DNA from: Telluria sp.
GTDB taxonomy: Bacteria > Pseudomonadota > Gammaproteobacteria > Burkholderiales > Burkholderiaceae_D
NCBI GenBank assembly: GCA_036386755.1
Contig: DASVVC010000015.1
Coordinates: 5,960-69,959, forward strand
DNA: 64,000 nt
Reading direction: 5' to 3'
Within the stretch, counting starts at the first letter, position 1, and each line of letters starts with the position of its first letter. The notes beneath the pieces are model-generated. The model saw nothing but the letters and a program-made list of their open reading frames with translations, ran no database searches and was not told the origin of the DNA. The position numbers were made by a program, and so were the translations under genes. This document shows positions 59,973-64,000 of this stretch, piece after piece.

Positions 59973-60203
59973 TTACAGCCGGGCTTTTTCATTTCCGACT
60001 ACTTCGCGCATCACCTTCCGGCGCTCCTCGCAGAACCGCGCATAGTCCGGCATGCGGACCTGCAGGTGGTCCGGCGTTATCAAAACGAGCTGGTGATAGC
60101 CCTCTGCCGCGTCGAAGCCGCAGTACTCGCAGCAGGCGTTGTTGTCGAGCGAGTGCGGCAGCGTGCGCTCGCGGCTCAGGGCGAAAGCTGGGGCGCCGAT
60201 CAT
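59973..60203 (-). CDS. Hypothetical small Cys-containing protein
   Basis: 76-aa ORF. Confidence 0.45.
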   Translation of the reverse strand: MIGAPAFALSRERTLPHSLDNNACCEYCGFDAAEGYHQLVLITPDHLQVRMPDYARFCEERRKVMREVVGNEKARL

Positions 60204-60532
60204 TGCGCCCGCCCGATCACGGCCGCAAGCCGCACAATGGCGTGCGCATCGTCGTCGCCGGCAGCATCCGAACCCCAGAACTCTTGGAGAATGCCGGTAG
60301 GTGTGCGCTTCCAGACGCGGCAGTCAGCGAACTCGATGTTCAGGCCGAGCGTGCGCGCTAGGCGGTAGCGGTCGCCGGCATCAGTGAGTGGATTCCACAA
60401 CACTCTCCCGTTGGCCAGCAAAAAGCCGTAGTGCTTACCATAGGCGCGCCATGCGTCACCTTGCGGCCACAGTGCGACGCCACCCGCCTTGGCGGCCTGC
60501 TCCAGCAGCTTGCGGTCGGTTGGCGCGCTCAT
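60200..60532 (-). CDS. Hypothetical early protein (NinX/DUF2591-like?)
   Basis: Start MSAPTDRKLLEQAAKAGGV at 60532. Confidence 0.45.
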   Translation of the reverse strand: MSAPTDRKLLEQAAKAGGVALWPQGDAWRAYGKHYGFLLANGRVLWNPLTDAGDRYRLARTLGLNIEFADCRVWKRTPTGILQEFWGSDAAGDDDAHAIVRLAAVIGRAQ

Positions 60533-60795
60533 GCCGACACCGGATTGATGTAGTAATTGCAAACCGCCGTCTTCTTGACCGCAAAGCCGCCGAGCCCACA
60601 ACGAGCGTTCTTCTCGACCGCGTCGTTCTCCAGCGTGTAAAGCGGCGCTGACCACCGCGCCTTTACACTGTTGGACTTGATCATCCATTCAGGCAGGACG
60701 AAATCGGACTTGAAGTGCCCGCACGTGGCGCACCGATTCGGCTCTGGCTTCGGGTCATAGCCCTGCGCGGCCTTGGCTTTGGATTGGGCGCTCAT
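60529..60795 (-). CDS. Hypothetical small protein
   Basis: Coupled 88-aa ORF with CATCGHF...C motifs. Confidence 0.45.
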   Translation of the reverse strand: MSAQSKAKAAQGYDPKPEPNRCATCGHFKSDFVLPEWMIKSNSVKARWSAPLYTLENDAVEKNARCGLGGFAVKKTAVCNYYINPVSA

Positions 60796-61067
60796 GCGTG
60801 AACTCCTTCGGCATCGACTTCATCAATTGAATAGCCGTCATCACTGGTCCACTCGCACCACTCGCCGTCGTCGAAGACTTCCAGGCCGGCCGCGTTGCAG
60901 TAATCCGGTTTGATGTTGTTCGCCAACTGGAACAGGTCATAGTCGGCGAGCGCACTCAGCACCAGCTTTGCGTCGCCGATGCTGGCGACGCGAACATGGA
61001 ACGGCTTCCCAGGAACTTGCGGGGCGTGCCAGACACGCAGGTCGCCGGTCACTGGTTGGGCGCTCAT
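60792..61067 (-). CDS. Hypothetical early protein
   Basis: RVWHAPQVPGKPFHVRV...DYDLFQLANNIKPDY is a recurrent phage family. Confidence 0.5.
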   Translation of the reverse strand: MSAQPVTGDLRVWHAPQVPGKPFHVRVASIGDAKLVLSALADYDLFQLANNIKPDYCNAAGLEVFDDGEWCEWTSDDGYSIDEVDAEGVHA

Positions 61068-61360
61068 GCGACACCTCGCGGCTGCTTCATGGCGATAAGG
61101 GCCGCCAGCTTCGCTTCGGCCTGCTTCAGTGCAGTGGCGGCATCGTCACGCTTTTCCTCCGCGTTGGCTCGCAAATACTCCCGAGCGTCGGACCAGCTAT
61201 CGTGGTATTGCGCAAATTCAGCGCGCTTCGCTTCGCGACGCTCAACCTTTTTCCCGCGACCAGCCAGGTACACGCACTTGTCGGTCTCGCGGGTGCACTC
61301 AACCTTTTCGATCGCATCACCGAGCCAGCCGGTGCGGTACTTGATCAGCGGCGCGGTCAT
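61064..61360 (-). CDS. Hypothetical early protein
   Basis: Start MTAPLIKYRTGW at 61360, coupled. Confidence 0.45.
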   Translation of the reverse strand: MTAPLIKYRTGWLGDAIEKVECTRETDKCVYLAGRGKKVERREAKRAEFAQYHDSWSDAREYLRANAEEKRDDAATALKQAEAKLAALIAMKQPRGVA

Positions 61361-61572
61361 GACTTCACCACGCAATTCCGCGCAAGCGCAGCGTCGTAGA
61401 TAGCGCCGCGCGTCCATCCGTCAGATGCGCCGACGACATCGATCTCACGGCTAGCTTCAACTTGCGCAGCCTCGCGCTGAGCCGCAGTGCACGCGTATTC
61501 GACTTTCGGGATATGCGGCTGACAGGCGCTGCACAGCGCGGCAGCAAGGCCGATGGTGATGGCGGTCGTCAT
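61357..61572 (-). CDS. Small lipoprotein-like protein
   Basis: MTTAITIGLAAALCSAC is a signal peptide with lipobox. Confidence 0.45.
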   Translation of the reverse strand: MTTAITIGLAAALCSACQPHIPKVEYACTAAQREAAQVEASREIDVVGASDGWTRGAIYDAALARNCVVKS

Positions 61573-61817
61573 GCGGCACCCACGTACGGCGAAGGCACGA
61601 ACGCGCGAACTTCCGCCAGCGTCATCTTGCCAATCTCCTGGCAGCGCACGACGAACGAATCGCCCAGCGGCAGGGTGTGGTGCCTCATCTTGCTAATTAC
61701 TGGCGGCGCGACGTCGATGAAGCGCGCCAGGGCGGCGTCGTTCTTGAGCCCGTGCCTGCTGATCAGGGCGTTAAGCAGGCCGTTCGGGTCGTACTTGACT
61801 TCTTCTTTTGCTGACAT
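61569..61817 (-). CDS. HTH regulator (CII-like position)
   Basis: LLNALISRHGLKNDAALARFIDVAPPVISKMRHH. Confidence 0.5.
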   Translation of the reverse strand: MSAKEEVKYDPNGLLNALISRHGLKNDAALARFIDVAPPVISKMRHHTLPLGDSFVVRCQEIGKMTLAEVRAFVPSPYVGAA

Positions 61818-61866
61818 TTCTCAACTCCCTCGTTGTGGTGCATCAGTCCTGCGGATTTCCTGCGGG

Positions 61867-62079
61867 TTATCGTGTATCTGTGGGAGGCGTTTTGACTGTC
61901 GCCCTGGGCAAAGCTCTAACTGCCTTGTCCAGGGCGCGCTCCTTTTCGTGCTTGGCGTCCCTGGCTGCGTCCTTCTGGCTTGGTGCTGCGCGCTTGTGAG
62001 CGTCACGCGCTCCAATGAATTCGATTGCGTAGTGGACGATCTGCTCTTCCGGCGTTGCGCCCACGTTGGTTTTCTGCAT
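61867..62079 (-). CDS. Hypothetical small protein
   Basis: 70-aa charged ORF. Confidence 0.4.
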   Translation of the reverse strand: MQKTNVGATPEEQIVHYAIEFIGARDAHKRAAPSQKDAARDAKHEKERALDKAVRALPRATVKTPPTDTR

Positions 62080-62132
62080 AAAGCCCCCCTCATTTCTCCG
62101 TCTGTTCTTACTGGCCCAGCACGCGGAAGCCT

Positions 62133-62396
62133 TTAAACCGACATCCGGGGCATCGGCGCGCCGCCTCGGTGCCTGCGCGAGTCCGTGGCGCGGCGGGCCC
62201 GGACTGGGACCAGAGTGGCCCTATCGTGGCGACCTGGCAGCCGGGTAATATGCGGTTCTCGCATCCACTGGTGCGCGGCCTGGTTGAGCGCCTGGCTCTG
62301 CGAGATGCCGAGCGCTGCGCATTTGTTGCGGTGCGCCTCGAATGAATCTGCTGTGGCGTACCACTTGACGGGGATGTTTTTAGCTGGTTGCGACAT
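62133..62396 (-). CDS. Hypothetical small protein
   Basis: 87-aa ORF; N-terminal half structured, tail basic. Confidence 0.4.
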   Translation of the reverse strand: MSQPAKNIPVKWYATADSFEAHRNKCAALGISQSQALNQAAHQWMREPHITRLPGRHDRATLVPVRARRATDSRRHRGGAPMPRMSV

Positions 62397-62524
62397 TGGT
62401 ATTGCTCCTATATATCGGACTACACGGAAAAGGTGGCGGGACTACGGTTTCAAAATGGGCGGGCATTGCCAAACGTGTTACTTTGTTAATTCCAAAAAAA
62501 CAATCAACACGAAAGGCAACCCCC

Positions 62525-62791
62525 ATGACTTGCAAACAAACGCTCCATCTAAAGTTCGGCGATATGACCGAATTCGAGGCGACATACGATTTCGGCTGGA
62601 TCAACATAAAAGTCGACGTAAAAATCCCAATCGAGAATCGCGACCCTCTCACTGCAAAGCAGTTGCGACAGACACCGATTAAGACGGCGATCAAGCAACT
62701 TCAGGATTTGCTTGCGGAGGAAGAATCACCCCAAGAACAGGGTCATAAACCCCTACTTCCTGGCGCTTCTGGCGCTCCCGACGCGGCATAG
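62525..62791 (+). CDS. Opposite-strand small protein in the immunity region
   Basis: GAAAGG SD. MTCKQTLHLKFGDMTEFEATYDFGWINIKVDVK... Lower GC. The 3' end overlaps a convergent ORF. Confidence 0.45.
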   Translation: MTCKQTLHLKFGDMTEFEATYDFGWINIKVDVKIPIENRDPLTAKQLRQTPIKTAIKQLQDLLAEEESPQEQGHKPLLPGASGAPDAA

Positions 62792-62963
62792 GCGAGGCAG
62801 TGCGGTTAGGCGCAAACCTCATCGCACCGTCAGCCAGAGTCGCGGCGTCATCCTGATGACGGCAAAGCGTGGTCAGCAGATCGGTGTGCTTGCGCAGCTC
62901 GGCCAGAATTGCGAGGCTGAGAGCCTTTTTCGAGAGTGCTGCGTCTTGCGAAGTGGTGTTCAT
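62691..62963 (-). CDS. Hypothetical early protein
   Basis: MNTTSQDAALSKKALSLAILAELRKHTDLLT...; the tail overlaps a plus-strand ORF. Confidence 0.4.
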   Translation of the reverse strand: MNTTSQDAALSKKALSLAILAELRKHTDLLTTLCRHQDDAATLADGAMRFAPNRTASPMPRRERQKRQEVGVYDPVLGVILPPQANPEVA

Positions 62964-63020
62964 GGCGAGTCCTGGGTTAGCGTGCTTTGAGATTGGTCAA
63001 CGAGCCGGGGCGGCGATGTG

Positions 63021-63287
63021 TCAGGGTGGTGGGCTTGCGCGACTTCGAGGCGGCTTGGCGGCGACGACAAGGCGCAGATACTCCCAGTCGACATCCGGGC
63101 GCATTTGCTCGCAGCGGACGCCTCGGGCAGTAAGCCGCTCGATTGCTGGGCAGTGCTCCGCAGGGATGCGGCGGCCTTCTTGCTTCCACTGGCTGATGGC
63201 CCCCTTGGTTACACCGAGGTGATCTGCCATGTTCTGCACGGTTCCAACGTAGGAAACTGCTTTATCAAGGGCTTCTTCGGGGGTCAT
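63021..63287 (-). CDS. Cro/YdaS-like HTH regulator
   Basis: VQNMADHLGVTKGAISQWKQEGRRIPAEHCPAIERLT. Divergent from the repressor. Confidence 0.7.
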   Translation of the reverse strand: MTPEEALDKAVSYVGTVQNMADHLGVTKGAISQWKQEGRRIPAEHCPAIERLTARGVRCEQMRPDVDWEYLRLVVAAKPPRSRASPPP

Positions 63288-63391
63288 TTTTAGGCCGTAA
63301 TTTGTTGAACTTGCCTAAGTATAGGAACTCTATACATAGATGTCAAGTTTTTCTACCCCAATTTTGTTCAGATTGGCTATACGATCCGGCT
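63288..63391. promoter_or_regulatory. Divergent promoter/operator region of the genetic switch
   Basis: AT-rich 104 bp. Palindrome GTATAG-gaact-CTATAC and a repeated AATTTGTTGAAC / AATTTTGTTCAGA. Confidence 0.5.
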
Positions 63392-63940
63392 ATGAAGCTA
63401 AAAGAAAAAATTGCGAAGTGGATCAGGGAGGCCCGAACGGAGGCCGACCTCTCCGGTGCCGAGCTGGGTACGAAGCTCGCGCTGGAGTTAGGGGAGTCGC
63501 GTGGCAACAGCAGAGCCAACATTTCCCATTGGGAAACCGAAAAGCACGAGCCGAGCCTTCAGCAGATTGTTGGAATTGTCAAAATAACAGGCAAGGGCTT
63601 GCCGGATGACGTGCTTGCTGATCTCGCTGGGAGGGGCGGACAAGCGGCGAAAGTGGAACTGGCTCCCTCAGGCTTAAACGAGGCGGCGAAAGTGGCGCCA
63701 TCTCCTCCGCGCTTAACCATGACCATCAAAAGTCCGGAAGCTGAAGTCGACGCTGAGCAGCACATTGGCGCAAGGCACGCTTTGACTTGGCTTGACCGCC
63801 TAGATGAGACTGAAGCTACTCTTATCGCGATATACCGAGAATCAGAAGGCGCTGACCGTGCCACCCTAATCGATCAAGCGAACCTACTTCCTGCCGCCCA
63901 AAACATTGGAAGCCTTCTATTTCGAAGGAACAAGCTGTAG
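63392..63940 (+). CDS. CI-like XRE-family repressor without recognisable S24 peptidase domain
   Basis: MKLKEKIAKWIREARTEADLSGAELGTKLA...ANISHWETEKHEPSLQQIV is an HTH. The C-terminus lacks the Ser/Lys LexA-type motifs. Confidence 0.7.
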   Translation: MKLKEKIAKWIREARTEADLSGAELGTKLALELGESRGNSRANISHWETEKHEPSLQQIVGIVKITGKGLPDDVLADLAGRGGQAAKVELAPSGLNEAAKVAPSPPRLTMTIKSPEAEVDAEQHIGARHALTWLDRLDETEATLIAIYRESEGADRATLIDQANLLPAAQNIGSLLFRRNKL

Positions 63941-64000
63941 CCGGGGCGACTCCACGGGGTAGTTGCGGCGATAGCTTCGTGACATGTCAATAAACATCTC

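Larger units (their letters stand above)
14977..64000. mobile_element. Siphovirus-type temperate prophage (left end at the tRNA-Ser fragment; right end with int/intact tRNA beyond the window)
   Basis: Contiguous phage modules: immunity, early genes, DNA modification, RusA, Q-like, tRNAs, terminase, portal, coat, tail, tape measure, fibre, lysis and cargo. Confidence 0.9.

Overview
High-GC DNA that looks like a Burkholderiales or Oxalobacteraceae chromosome; this placement is inferred from protein families and codon style, not from any search. Positions 1-14.9 kb are chromosomal backbone: an HxlR regulator with a divergent MFS pump, lipoproteins, two tandem OmpA-type lipoproteins, an acyltransferase, a VOC protein and uridine kinase. 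Several lower-GC accessory islets interrupt it. These are a secreted bulb-type (B-)lectin, a signal-less M15/LAS peptidase with an adjacent exported small protein (toxin/immunity-like), a zinc-less sirtuin, and a DUF3494 ice-binding protein bracketed by two dead IS3-family fragments. From about 14.98 kb to the window end lies one large siphovirus-type prophage, mostly on the minus strand. It abuts a 3' fragment of a tRNA-Ser, so the integrase and the intact tRNA are expected beyond 64 kb. Running right to left it contains a cI/Cro-like switch, early genes, a DNA-modification block (C5-MTase, dioxygenase-like protein, Ref nuclease, DPPY MTase), RusA, a Q-like protein, two phage tRNA-Ser genes, terminase, portal, MuF-like protein, scaffold, P22-like coat, connectors, tail tube, a G/G-T chaperone with a -1 frameshift site, a 2015-aa tape measure, a fibre, a lysis cassette and plus-strand cargo genes. 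The most interesting signals are these: (1) the C5-methyltransferase locus is spread over two reading phases with a long same-strand overlapping ORF; (2) a membrane-anchored collagen-like mini-protein sits inside the lysis cassette; (3) there are two HExxH proteins and an SGNH esterase in the virion module; (4) an IS-flanked ice-binding gene; (5) a lectin and a peptidase/immunity islet. All family calls come from motif recognition by eye; no database search was run.
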